This document shows, one piece after another, positions 38,112-50,897 of a DNA stretch of 64,000 nucleotides. The stretch spans positions 62,001 to 126,000 of the forward strand of contig JAVHYY010000078.1 in assembly GCA_035221665.1 (NCBI GenBank). Direction: 5' to 3'. The number at the start of each line of letters is the position of its first letter. Positions within the stretch are counted from its first letter, which is position 1. The translations under genes were made by a program, and so were the position numbers. The DNA comes from Okamejei kenojei (taxonomy: Eukaryota). The notes under the pieces are model-generated. The model searched no databases, had not been told where the DNA came from, and saw nothing but the letters and a program-made list of their open reading frames with translations.

Positions 38112-38779
38112 TTTATTGCAGCTGTAATATCAGCCTGCTGATAGGATTAGCTGGCACTGTGGGCTATCTTTCCTTTCATCTCCATGCTCTCGGTAGGAAT
38201 CAATTCCAGCAAGAAGGAATGGAAAAATTCTTTCCCAACCAGTTTCAAGGATTTGAGTCAACACTTTTTATGAATCCTTAACGCTGCCAGCTGGATAGAG
38301 ATCACTTTAAATTCATGTTTCATGTATCTCATTGTGTTTTATGACTGTTGGCAGACCAATTTCCCTCCTGGGATAAATAAAGTTCCATCGTATCATATCG
38401 TGTCGTATCAACATCACAAAATTAATCATATTAGCTGTATAAAGGGGAGGAGAGGTGAACTTGATAACTCTATGGGAATACCAAGCATTGAGAGAGAAAA
38501 ATCACAAAGTTGCAATGGGCAATTCTGCTTTGCCACAATGTTTATTTTGTGAGTCATAGACTTATAGTCATATTCACAAATCTGCCATGCACAAGTTTAA
38601 TGTTTATCGTAACTACCTCAGTTTCAATTTTTCTATCTCTTGGTTTATCTAAAGTGGCATTCACACACCATCTGCAGGATTTAAAGTGAAGGAAAGAAAG
38701 CAGTCGAGACGTCTGAAGAAATGTCTCCACTCAAAATGTCACCAATTCCTTTTCTCCAGAGATGCAAGACTGACCCTCA

Positions 38780-39435
38780 CCGCCATCATGGCTGATCATC
38801 CAAACTCAGTACCCCGTTCCCACTTTCTCCCACTTTCTCCCCATATCCCTTGACTCTGTTAGCCCTGAAAGCAAAATCTAAAGGGCCTGTCCCTCTTACG
38901 TGTCCTTGGCACGCAAATTACGCGACCTCGTGGTCGTTTTGAGCCGCGATGGTTTCACCCGTGCGCCTCAACACGACCACGAGGTCGCGTAATTTGCGTG
39001 CCAAGGACACGTAAGTGGGACTGGCCCTTAACTCTCTCTTGAAAACATCCAGTGAAATGGCCTCCACTGCCTTCTGTGGCAGAGAATTCCATCGATTCAC
39101 AACTCTCTGGGTGAAAGTTTTTCCTCATCTCGGTCCTAAACGGCCTACCCCTTATTCTTAAACTGTGACCCCTGGTTCTTGACTCCCACAACATGTAAAA
39201 CATTTTTCCTACATCTAGTCTGTCCAATTCTCTAAGAATTTTATATGTTTCTAGAAGATTCCCTCTCATCCTTCTAAATTCCAGTGAATATATGCCCAGT
39301 CGATCTATTCTTTCTTCATATATCAGTCCCGCCATCCCGGAAATTAACCTGGTGAACCTATGCTGCACTTCCTCAATATCAATAATGTCCTTCCTCAAAT
39401 TAGGAACTGCACACAATACTCCAGGTGTGGTCTCA
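38780..39435 (-). mobile_element. CR1 3' fragment interrupted by a Harbinger MITE
   Basis: ORF 38955..39449(-): PNLRKDIIDIEEVQHRFTRLI...LEFRRMRGNLLETYKIL. Confidence 0.85.
38882..39028. mobile_element. 147-bp Harbinger MITE, a TIR-only derivative of the 7525-8226 family
   Basis: Near-perfect ~55-bp TIRs; TAA TSD at 38879-38881 and 39029-39031. Confidence 0.9.
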
Positions 39436-39548
39436 CACAGACACCACAAATCTCAACTGAGCTAAGCTGGAGTGGCCCAAATTAAATCCATGCAACCACT
39501 GGATTCATAACTAACCTGTGGATCTCTGATCGCACTGTAGACAACTGT

Positions 39549-39863
39549 GGGCGGCCACGGTGGTGCAGTGGTAGAGTTGCTGCCTTACAGCGCTTGCCAC
39601 GCCGGAGACCCTGGTTCGATCCCGACTACGGGTGCTGCTTGTACGGAGTTTGTATGTTCTCCCCGTGACCGCATGGTTTTCTCCGAGATCTTCGGTTTCC
39701 TCCCACACTCCAAAGACGTACAGGTATGTAGGTGAATTGGCTTGGTGTATGTGTAAATTGTCCCTAGTGTGTGTAGGATAGTGTTAATGTGCGGGGTTCG
39801 CTGGTCGGTGCGGACTCGGTGGGCCGAAGGGCCTGTTTCCATGCTGTATCTCAAAAACTAAAA
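39549..39863 (+). mobile_element. Full-length HE1-type V-SINE
   Basis: A box tggtgcagtggtaga, B box ggttcgatccc, V-domain, LINE-like 3' end gggccgaagggcctgtttcc, aactaaaa tail. Confidence 0.92.
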
Positions 39864-40327
39864 TAACAAAAGAAAAACTGTAGACTGAAAATGCAAAGGT
39901 CAAAATGGAGTGGAGGCATTGGTGAAGTTTTCAGTAAATAAACAAGAAAAGGGAGTTTGACCTTTTGGTTGCTTCATTCTGGACATTATGGAAGAAAGTA
40001 TTTTAAAATTGATTGGAAACTGAACAAGACCTTTGGAAATGTAATTGCAAAATGAAAATGTCATGATGCAAGAATGAAAACAGTCTTTGAAGCCTTTAAA
40101 TCACAGGAAGCAAAATACAGTTTTGGAAAAACCAGTGTCCATCAGTTCGAAAACCTAAAATCAACCTGGAAATAATTATTGTTCTGCTTTAAAATTCCTT
40201 CATGGAATGTGGGTTTCACTGTCAAAGCCAGTATTTTTATTGCCCATCTCGAATTACCCTTGAGAAGTTGGTTTTGAGCTGCAGTAATGCACCAATGCAG
40301 TAAAGTTACTCCTGCTGCGCCTTGATG

Positions 40328-40655
40328 TTTTAGTTTTAGTTTTGGAGATGCAGCATGGAAACAGGCCCTTCAGCCCACTGAGTTGATGCTGACCATCTAA
40401 AACCTATTCACACTAGTTCTTTGTTATTTCACTTTCTCATCCACTCGCTACACATTAGGGGCAATTATACAGAGGCAAGTTGGCATGCAATCCTGGATGT
40501 CTTTGGGATGCGGGAGGTAACAGGAACACCTGGAGGAAACCCACACAGTTACAGGGAGAACGTGCATACCACACAGTCAGCACCCAAGGTCAGGATAGAA
40601 TCTAGGTCTGTGGCGCTGTGAGGCACCAGTTCTACCAGCAGTGCCACTGTGCTAG
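40328..40655 (-). mobile_element. HE1-type V-SINE, older subfamily
   Basis: Degenerate reverse complement of the SINE consensus. Confidence 0.75.
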
Positions 40656-41119
40656 CCACTAATTGGGAAGAGAGCTCAAAGATTAAGACTGTGATGATGA
40701 AGGAATGGTTAAATGTCTTCAAATAAGGATGGCGGACAATGGTAGTCCATACAACTACTGCCCTTCTGCTTCTTGGTGGCAGGGAATGATGGTTTGAGAT
40801 GTTTTGTTGCAGTAGCTTGGGGAGTGACTATACTACATTTTGTAGATGGTATGTATTGCAACCAGTGTATTTATGGTGGACAAAATGAATGCTTCGGGTG
40901 ATAGATAGGGCGCCAACGAAGTGGCTGATATTGAAACTGTACAAATGAAAACAAATGAAAATTATATTACTTATGCTTTTCAGATTGTGGGCGAGCCTTG
41001 GGACAGTTTTGTTCTGACAGCTTTGTTCCAGGGTACAGATGCTGCAGGTGAGATAGAGCTGAGAGTAGTAGAGCAAGGAGCGTTGCTTTATTGATTTAGA
41101 ACATCTTACTGTTGTCTAA

Positions 41120-42750
41120 CATGACATTACTGAAGGATCATCCAGTGAGGCTCTGTGGGTGGAGATGAGAAATAAAAAGGGGATGACCACCTATTTGATT
41201 GCACTATAGATCTCCAAAGTGTCAACGGGAATTAGATGAACAAATATACTGGGAAAATGCGGACAGCTACAAGACTGATAGAATTGTCATCGTAGGGATT
41301 TTAACTTCCCCAATGCAGACTGGGAGTGGCATGGAGCTTCGATGGAGTGAAGTTTGTCAAGTATGTTCCGGGAAGTATTCTTGGGCAATATCTAGAAGGC
41401 ACTAAAAGAGAAGGGGTTAAAACTAAACCTATTCTTAGGGAATTGGACTGGGCAAGTGATGGCAGTGACAGTGGGTGAGTACATTGGGATTGATAATGAC
41501 TGTTCTAATAACTTTAAAGTAGTTATGGATAAAGGTTGGTCCATAAGTTCAAGTTCTAAATTAGTTCAAGACCAACTTTAATGGTATTAGACAGAATATT
41601 GAAAAAGTAGATTTTAAAGGCAGCGATAGATAGATTATTGATTAATACAGGTGTCAGAGGTTTTGGGGAGAAGGCAGGAGAATGGGCTTGATGGGTTGTA
41701 CGTCCTAATTCTGCTCCATTCACTTATCACATGACCTTGATTGGAATAGCTTGTTTGAGGGCAAACGTGCCTCCAGAAAGTGGGGTGCTTTCAAAAATGT
41801 GATAATGAGAGTTGAAGGTATGCATGTTCCTGTTACAGTGAAGGGTAAATCAGGTGGGAGTAAGAAATTCTGCGTGAGGAGAGATCAAGTGTATTCTTGG
41901 AGGTGTATAGGGAATTGAAGAACATAAGGGAATCAGGAGGGCTAAAAGGGGGCATGTGACAGCTTTGGCAGATAAGGTCGAGGAGAATCCAATGAGATAT
42001 CATAAGATGGACACAAAAATCTGGAGTAACTCAGTGGGACAGGCAGCATCTCTGGAGAGAAGGAATGGGTAATGTTTCGTGTAAAGACTGAATGTCATGG
42101 ATAAGGGAAAGGAGAGAGATAGATGATGATGTCCTATTACAGAGTTTCATAAGTATATTGAGGTAATAGGATGTAGAGATAGAATGGGTCGCCTCTGAAT
42201 CCAAAGTTGTCATCTATGTGTGGAGCATATGAGATGGGCAAGTTTCTCAATAAATGTTATATCTCCACTGTTTCTACCGTGGAGAAAGAAATGAAGACCA
42301 GCAGACTTGGGAAAGTTAATGATGATGTCTTGAGGACAGTCCATATTACAGTTGAGAAGGTGCTGAATGTCCTAAGATATGTGAAGGTAGGTAAATCTAC
42401 TAGGCCTGATCGGATATATTCAAGGATACTATGGGAAGCTAGAGAAGAAATTGCAGGAGTTTTGCCCCTATTTAAGAAAGGCTAGAAATAAAAACCTTGG
42501 AACTATGGACAAGTAAGCATAATATCTCTGATATTACAGGAGAGGGTTGAGGTATAAGAAATACATGCATTAGGAATGATAGGGTTGATTATGGATTTTC
42601 AGCATGGTATTGTGATTGGGGGATTCATGTCTCACGAATTTGATTACATTTTTTGAAGAAGTAATCAAGAAAATTGATGAGGGCAGGTACATATAGTCAA
42701 TATGATCTTCGGCAAGGCTTTTAATAAGTTTCTGCATGCTGGCTGCTTTG
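41120..42750 (+). mobile_element. Degenerate CR1 ORF2 (endonuclease to RT) with nested insertions
   Basis: Remnants YRSP, IVIVG(D)FNFP, KSTRPDRIYSRILWEAREEIAG, QHG, CLTNLITFFEEV. A hammerhead-motif repeat is nested at ~42005-42085. Confidence 0.75.
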
Positions 42751-43208
42751 GAACTAACTGACTAACCCGAGGTCTGGACCCGAGTGGTTCTGACAATGCC
42801 TGAACAGGGCATCAGCAAGTGGGGTATTTATAAATGCTGCTTTATGATATCACCCATGACTTTGCTGATGATTAAGAGCAGGTTAATAAAGATACAATTA
42901 TTTGGGCTGGATTAGGCCTGCTTTTTTTATGGGCAGAAAAGAATCTGGGAAATGTTCCAGATTGTCAAATGGATGCCAATGTTGTCGATTTACTGGAACA
43001 CATTGGCTAGAGGCACAGCCAGTTCTGGAGTCTGGTCGAAAATAATTGATGCATTATCTGTTCTCGTCTGTGTCTTGATAAGTGATTGAATGCATCTTTT
43101 GTTTCTCAATGAATAGAGCTTTATCATATAGTTTGACTGCAGTATAGAAGTATTCCACTTACAAACAATACACTTTATCTATTTCAGGTGACTGGCAAAA
43201 GTTTCTCA

Positions 43209-44404
43209 AATGGCTGCGTCGCGTACAAGCCAACTCACCGAACGGCCGCTCAGCCGAAAAGTCAAATAACGGACATGACGTTGCTGGTGGGGCGGGATTT
43301 GTCGGCAATTGGTCCAGACCCCCGAAGGAGGGTCTTTACTTTACCCCGAAGTAACCGGCCGAAGGAGCGTGTCCCTCGGTACAGCCCCCACTCTCCCATG
43401 GCCATGGCCGGCATCCGCCTCGTCTGCCCCGTGCGGACGCACTGTGATGGGCTGTGTGTCGGCAGCGCCGGGTGGAGCAGAGGTGTGGGACAGTCTGCTC
43501 CCTCCGCCCACCCAGAGTCACTGACCACGATGCACCGCTATCGGACCCCAACACCCCCCACCCGACTCCCGGACCCCAACCCACACACGGGGTGATTCAC
43601 CCCCGACACCCACACCGGGTGATTCACGCCCCACCCCGGCCGCGGGGACAGACAGCTCGGGGTATTGGCAGCCATAGTAAATCGCTTTTAAAACATGGAG
43701 GAACACAAATTCCCTGGCGGGCCGATGACAAGTGTGCCTGGAAAAGAACTATTTTATCTCCTCCCACTCCCCCCCCCATGCCCACGCCCCCCCTGACAAC
43801 AAGAAGCACGTTTTATTTATTACCGTCTGGTTGCCTGGTAATGCACACCACAATCTCCCACGCACAAAACACCAGATAATCTGTAAACTGGTTTAACCGA
43901 AGATGGACACAAAAAGCTGGAGTAACTCAGCGGAACAGGCAGCATCTCTGGAGAGATGGAATGGGCGACGTTTCGGGTCAAGACCATTCTTCAGCCCTGA
44001 AGACTGAGGCTGAAGGGTCTCGACCGTCCTTTGGGAAGGGCTTATGGCAGCTGGTTTCATAGTGCCTTCATTATTGGTAGGTGCTGTCCTTTCACATGGA
44101 CCGCTTACAACTTGGTGCTCGGGTTCAGACTGCCCAGTCACCTATGGCTTGTGTGGGAAAATGACCCCCACCCTCCTGTCTCCATCAGCCAGTGATGTGA
44201 TGGACGCGGGGGTCTGGACCAATTGCTGAAGTCCCGCCCCCCCCATCGACGTCAAGTCCGATATTTGACTTTTCGGGCTGAGCGGCCATTCGGTTAGTTG
44301 GCTTGTAGGCGACGCAGCCTTTCGGTTAGTTGGCTTTTAGGCATCCCACCCTTTCGGTTGGTTGGCGTTTCGGCTGCGTTTCCGTTCGGTTATTTGACTT
44401 ACAC
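43209..44404. mobile_element. GC-rich non-autonomous DNA element with ~115-bp inverted arms
   Basis: 43209-43324 is the reverse complement of 44207-44322. The right arm continues with tandem ttcggttagttggc units to ...gacttacac. Hammerhead-motif repeat nested at 43902-43995. Confidence 0.7.
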
Positions 44405-44451
44405 TTCTTTGCTTCGGCTTCTCGTCCTTCGACGCCACGTCCGCACACTAA

Positions 44452-44680
44452 TGCGGTTCCCGAAGGTTCCCGGAGGTTTTTGTCAGTCTCCCAAATGGTC
44501 GAAAGTGGTTTCCGTTTAAAAAATCGGTAATTTTTAGTCGAAGCCGGTTGCGATGCTAGTTGAAGGTGGTTGCCGGAGGACAAAAACCTCTGGGAACCTC
44601 CGGGAACCGCACGGAAACTTTGGGTGGGGCGCAAAGTCTCCAGAGGTTTCCATTCAGGTTTCCAAAGTGGGACAGGGGCA
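44452..44680. mobile_element. Internally deleted Harbinger-type MITE
   Basis: Right end aagtgggacaggggca|tta; left end reduced to taa|tgc. Confidence 0.55.
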
Positions 44681-45049
44681 TTACAGAGAGCCCATAGAAA
44701 CTCAATGGACCAAAAGGCTTCCTTCCTTGGTGTTATGACTCCGTGATCCACATTGTTCAGTTTTCTATTGTCGGTAATTGGACAAACTAAATTCCAAGTC
44801 CACCAAATGTAATTGATTATTTACTTCTGTGTTCATAATTGAATAATTGGATATAATACTCGTTTGTGATATATTCATATATTCATTTTTAGGAAAAATG
44901 CCAAGAATTGCTGGAGTAATTGAGCGGGTCAGGCAGCATCTCTGGAGAACTAAGTGACATTTCGAGTGGGAACGTTTTTTCAGACTGCAATGGACCTAAA
45001 CTTTACTTTTTACCCTGCTCTCTCTAGATGCTGTCTGACTCTCTCAGTT

Positions 45050-46010
45050 ACATAGACATAGAAAATAGGTGCAGGAGTACACCTTTCGGCCCTTCGAGCC
45101 TGCACCGCCATTCAATATGATCATGGCTGATCATCCAAAATCAGCACCTCGTTCCACTTTTTCCCCATATCCCTTGATTCCGTTAGCCCTAAGAGCTAAA
45201 TCTAATTCTCCCTTGAAAACATCCAGTGAATTACCTCCACTGCCTTCTGTGACAGAGAATTCCACAGATTCACAACTCTCTGGGTGAAAACATTTTTCCT
45301 CATCTCAATCCTAAATGGCCTGCCCCTTATTCTTAAACTGTGACCCCTGGTTCTGGACTCCCCCAATATCGGGAACATTTTACCTGCATCTACCCTGTCC
45401 AATCCTCTAAGAATTTGATATGTTTCTCTAAGATCCCCTCTCATCCTTCTAAATTCCAGCTAATACAAGCCCAGTCGACCCATTATTTCATCATACGTCA
45501 GTCCCGCCATCCCGGGAATTAACCTGGTGAATCTATGCTACACTCCCTCAATAGCAATAATGTCCTTCCTCAAATTAGGAGACCAAAATTGCACACAATA
45601 CTCCAGGTGCGGTTTCACCAGGGCCCTGTACAACTGCAGTAGGACCTCCTTGCTCCTAATCTCTAGCAATAAATGCCAACATGCCATTGGCTTTCTTCAA
45701 TGCCTGCTGTACCTACCTGTATGCTTACTTTCAGTGACTGATGTGCAAGCACACCCAGGTCACGTTGCACCTCCCCTTCTCCTAATCTGCCACCATTCAG
45801 TTATTAATCAGCTTTCCTGTTCTTGCCACCAAAGTGGATAACCTCACATTTATCCATATTATACTGCCTCTGCCATGCATCTGCCCACTATCCAAGTCAC
45901 CCTGCAGCCTCATAGCATCCTCCTCACAGCTCACACTGCCACCCAGCTTTGCGTCATCTGCAAATTTAGAGATGTTACGTTTAATTCCCTCGTCTAAATC
46001 GTTAATATAT
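45050..46010 (-). mobile_element. CR1/HER1 3' fragment
   Basis: MRGDLRETYQILRGLDRVDAGKMFPILGESRTRGHSL (45202..45444 -); catagacatagaaa tail. Confidence 0.88.
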
Positions 46011-46354
46011 AGAGCTAGTTACACCAGCACTTTTTCTGTAAACCATCATCCCCAGTTCCTTGCTTCTCCATTCATTTTAGGTTTGGTTTGGTTTGGTTAG
46101 AGATTTTTTTTTTTTTTGCTGACTGAAAACATTTGTTATTTATCTGCTGTGCACCTACTGTGAACTATGTTAAATTCCAGCTTACACTTTCCCACTCTGA
46201 CCATCCCTTTGAAATGTGTTGTGTTTCCTATATTTATCTTATTTCATCCCCACCATACTCAGAATTTTTGTTCAATCAAAATGTGATTGAAATTTCATAT
46301 ATTAATATGGGTTACATAGGAATAAATCATTGATAAGCTCTTTGCAGTTCTTAC

Positions 46355-46482
46355 CTGTGATGCACAATATAGGTGATAATAGATGCAAAGAGGCAAAGCA
46401 AAAGGACTGCAGTGCACGCATATACCACAGGGTGCAGGAACTCCCCCGGGTATTGGTCAAACGAAAGCACCGTCTTCAAATC
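46355..46482 (-). CDS. ADGRA1: ADGRA1 (GPR123) coding exon, start of the 7TM region / TM1
   Basis: Minus strand reads gtgttccag|GATTTGAAG...CATCACAG|gtaaga. 128 bp, translating [42 protein letters not shown](S), close to vertebrate ADGRA1 [31 protein letters not shown] as I recall it. Not in the ORF track. Confidence 0.95.
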
Positions 46483-46699
46483 CTGGAACACAATCCAATA
46501 ATAATCATTAAACCACATTTTATTTTTCCTGGTGGGACAATGAATCTACTGAATTAAACTTTACATGAAACAGAAGAAGCAGAAACATGACTAAGCCATT
46601 TCGCTCCTCATGTCAGCTTCTCATTTAATCAGATTGTGGCTGATATTTAACTTCAGTATCATCTTCCTGCAACGCACTATCCCTTTTAGTTTTCTTCGT

Positions 46700-46992
46700 T
46701 TCATTTAGTTTAGAGACACAGCACAGAAACAGACCTTTCGGCCCACCGAGTCTGCACTGACCAGTGATCCCCACACACTAACACTATCCTACACACACTG
46801 GGGACAATTTACAATTTTACCAAGCCAATTAGTCTACAAACCTGTATGTCTTTGGAACGTAGGAGGAAACCAGAGCACCCAAAGAAAACTGATGCAGGTC
46901 ACGGGGAGAATGTACAAACCCATACAGATAGCACCAATAGTCAGGATCGAACACAGGTCTCTGGCCCCGCAGGGCAGCACTACCATGCTGCC
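46700..46992 (-). mobile_element. HE1-type V-SINE about 220 bp upstream of an ADGRA1 exon acceptor
   Basis: Reverse complement of the SINE consensus. Confidence 0.85.
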
Positions 46993-48332
46993 TTCCCTTG
47001 ATTCCCTTAATATCCAAAATTCCTTCAATTCTGCCTGGAATAGATTCAAAGTGAGTTTCAACTGGACTTTTGCGTATTGCATTCCAAAGACTGACTGACT
47101 TCTGAGTGAAATGTTCTTCTTTGCTTTGTCCTGAATGTCTGACGACGTATTCTGAGACTGCGAGCCCATGTTCCTGATCATGTTTGCATCTATCCAATAC
47201 ATTCCAATTAGATCACCACATATTTTTCAGAAATTCAGAGAGTACAAGATCAATCTGCTTAATCTATCTTCATAGGACAAAACTCATCCCACAAATTAAT
47301 CTGCTGAACCTTCACTGCACTCCCTCTATCACAACTATGTTTTTCTTTCGGTAAGGACAGATGACACAATATTTCAGGTTCAGTCTCATTGATCCTACAT
47401 GCAGGCAAGTGGGACTAACTCAGGAAGACACCTTGGTAGCTTGGAATGTTGGGCTGACTGGCCTATAATATATACAGCTATACATCAAGTGCTGTATAAC
47501 TCGATGCCTCTATGACATCTAAAATGTCTATCATGTAACTCATAAGGCTTAGAAAAATCACACTCGTCCAAAAATCCTTTGAAAATCACACCTCATAAAA
47601 TGTAATTTAAATTTATAACATTTTATCATGGTTTTTTTTTTAATTCACCTTGGTTTAGATGACACAATACAAGTTGTAACTATTCAAAATGGATTGGTTC
47701 CAACTAATTCATAAGCATATAATTCATAGGCATAAGCCTTTACAAATCTTTGCTTTGCATTTTGAAAAAGAGAAAAAATAAGATTGATAGACAGAAAAAT
47801 TAAACATAAATGGGACGAGTGTAGCTGGGACATTTTGGCCGGTGTGGGTATGTTGGTCCGAAGGGCCTGTTTCCACACTGTATCATTCTATGACTTGATA
47901 AAACAAATTAATGATTTGAACACAAATCCTTGGGTAAATGGTTTAGTGATGTTATTTTTGTCCCATTTTGTTTGGAATATAAAACCTAATGTTTTGCATT
48001 TAATAATAATGAGAAAAAGTCTGCATTCAACAGAATTATTAAAGTGATAATGAGATCGGAGTTTTGAAAAGTGTGATATCTGGGAATGCAGCTTTATTGG
48101 CACTAAAGAAGCATTAGCGCCCAATCATGACACAGTTGCAATACTTATCATTTAATGCTTCTCAAGCATTTAATCACATTACCAGCATAAACATCAAAAA
48201 AGTTGAAGCTTTAATGATCAATCCTTCAAAAATGGATACAGGGATTGCTGTCTTCATCTCAAGAGGTATCCCACTCATGTCAACAGCTGGAATCTTTAAA
48301 GCTAACTGCACATCTTAAAATGTGAGTTGCAT

Positions 48333-48625
48333 GTTTTTAGTTTTAGAGATACAGCGCGGAAACAGACCCTTCAGCCCACCGGGTCCGCGCCGACCTGCGA
48401 TCCCCGCACATTAACACTATCCTACACCCATTAGGGACAATTTTTTTCAGTTACATTTACCAAGCCAATTAACCTACAAACCTGTACGTCTTTGCAGTGA
48501 GGGAGGAAACCGAAGATCTCAGAGAAAACCCATGCAGGTCACGGGGAGAACGTACAAATTCCGTACAGACAAGCACCCGTAGTCGGGATCGAACCCGGGT
48601 CTCTGGTGATGCATTCACTGTAAGG
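48333..48625 (-). mobile_element. HE1-type V-SINE
   Basis: Reverse complement of the SINE consensus, including B box gggatcgaaccc. Confidence 0.88.
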
Positions 48626-48829
48626 CATTCCAGAGTTCGTTCAGGTATTCCAGAGTTCGTTCAGGTCTGAGAGATATTGATGACTGGCATGGCCTAGGAG
48701 GGAGTAGGCTCGATTGTTTTCTCGTGCTGCTCTGGAGCCCATGGGACAGAAAGAGGACAGAGAAAAGAAAGCCAACCCATTCTTGCCTGAAACATCCACA
48801 AAAAGAATTGGGAGAGAATTCCATCAGCA

Positions 48830-49290
48830 ATGAGTAGGTTAACCTATGATGAGCATTTGTTGGCACTGAGCCTGTATTCGCTGGAGTTTAGAAGAATGAG
48901 GGGGAACCTCATTGAAACGTACAGAATAGTGCAAGGCTTGGATAGGGTGGATGTGGAGAGGATGTTTCCACTAGTGGGAGAGTCTAGGACTAGAGGTCAG
49001 AGCCGCAGAATTAAAGGAAGATCTTTTAGGAAGGAGATGAGGAGAAATGTCTTTAGTCAGAGGGTGGTGAATCTGCGGAATTCTTTGCCACAGAAGGCTG
49101 TGGAGGCCAAGTCAGTGGATATTTTTAAGGCAGAGATAGATAGATTCTTGATTAGTACAGGCATCAGTGGTTATGGGGAGAAGACAGGAGAATGGGTTAG
49201 GAGGGAGAGATAGATCAGCCATGATAGAATAGCAGAGTAGACTTGATGGGCCAAGTGGCCTAATTCTACTACTACTTCTTATGACCTTAT
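48830..49290 (+). mobile_element. CR1 3' fragment
   Basis: 127-aa ORF LYSLEFRRMRGNLIETYRIV...FSQRVVNLRNSLPQKAVEA; cttatgaccttat tail. Confidence 0.88.
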
Positions 49291-49897
49291 AAGACAGTTG
49301 CTGTGATCAATGAGAGCAATGAAACTCTGAGAAACACAACGTACTGGCCCAAGAAATGTAAAGACCTCACTTGAATGGTTCAAGGTTAATGAAATCAATT
49401 TTATATGCCATATCCTACCTACTGCTTGGCTAGCCATAGTCACCTGTTTGCAATTGCTATTAATTGGTGTTTCTGCCCAGCATTTGTATGCTACACCATG
49501 TCTTTACACCAGTTAGCAATGCTATTATAATAACAGTTTACAAAGGCTGCCAGCTATTTAATTATGACAGGAAGGAAAGCCAAATTATCGCACAACGTTC
49601 ATTGGCATCTATGCCCTTCTCTTGCCGGACAGAATGGGGATAATCCAAATTTGCAATGCAAATTAAGTCCAGAATTGATGCTGCAATTTGGACGCAACAA
49701 AGTGAGTGGCAATGATCATGATGGTAGACCTAATGGTTTGTTACTCTCTGAGAGGGCAGTGTGTGCCACTAGACTTTTAGCAAACAGCCACTGAGAAAGA
49801 AGAGGGTTTGTGGAGGAGTAGAAGGAAGAAAAGAGATAACCCAGATGTGCCACTTCTTCATGCACTGACCTTCACCAACTCATTTGACTGCAGTAGG

Positions 49898-50505
49898 GTC
49901 ATAGTGATACAGTGTGGAAACAGGCACTTCAGCCCAACTTGCCCACACCGGCCAACATGTCCCAGTTACACTAGTCCCACCTGCCTGCGTTTGGGCCATG
50001 TCCCTCCAAACCTGTCCTATCCATGCATCTGTCTAACTGTTTGAAACGTTGGGATAGTCTCAGCCTCAACTACCTACTCTGGTTGCTTGATCCATTCACC
50101 CACTACCGTTTGTGTGAAAAAGTTACCCCTCAGATTCCTATTAAATCTTTTCCCCTTCACTGTGAACCTATGTTCTCTGGTCCTCCACTGCCCTACTCTG
50201 GGCAAGAGATTTTGTGCATCTACCTGATTTATTCCTCTCGTGATTTTATACACCTCTGTAAGATCACCCCTCATCCTCCTGTGCTCCAAGGAATAGAGAC
50301 CCAGCCTACTCAACCTCTCCCTATAGCTCAGACACTCTAGTCCTGGCAACATCCTCGTAAATCTTCTCTGAACCCTTTCAAGCTTGACAATATCTTTCCT
50401 ATAACATGGTGCCCAGAACTGAACACAATACTCTAAATGCGGTCTCCCCAATGTCTTTTGCCACTGCAACATGACCTTCCAACTTCTATACTCAATACTC
50501 TGAAT
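49898..50505 (-). mobile_element. CR1 3' fragment
   Basis: ORF 50074..50472(-): RPHLEYCVQFWAPCYRKDIVKLERVQRRFTRMLPGL. Confidence 0.88.
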
Positions 50506-50897
50506 GATATACTATATATTTACTATATCTGGAATTTCGATGAGGCCCTGGTTATGTTTTTTGGCAGCAGAAGGAGGTAAATTAAGGGTTGCAGCTGAAT
50601 GAAAAATTGGAGTTGTGTGAATTCACAGAGCCATCAGCTGAAATGGTGAAAGACTGGCTCAAAATAATTTGGCAGTAATGGATACCACATCTGTCAATAT
50701 ATTTTGCTGCTAGACTCCCCGTGGAGTCCAAAATCACAACACAAGCGTACAGAGAGTTCTCCAGCAGTTACTCAAAGGCACCAGTTCTCAAATCCTGTTT
50801 TGGATTAATCCTGACACAGGATCTACTTTCCTATGGATTTTAGTGTTGTTAATCGGGCTGCGGGAAAATGTAGAAGAAATGTTCTTCTTTAAAAATT

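Noticed and set aside
39549-39630. tRNA-like sequence with A and B boxes (also 37380, 53484)
   Set aside because: It is the head of a V-SINE, continuing into the V-domain and LINE-like tail; not a tRNA gene.
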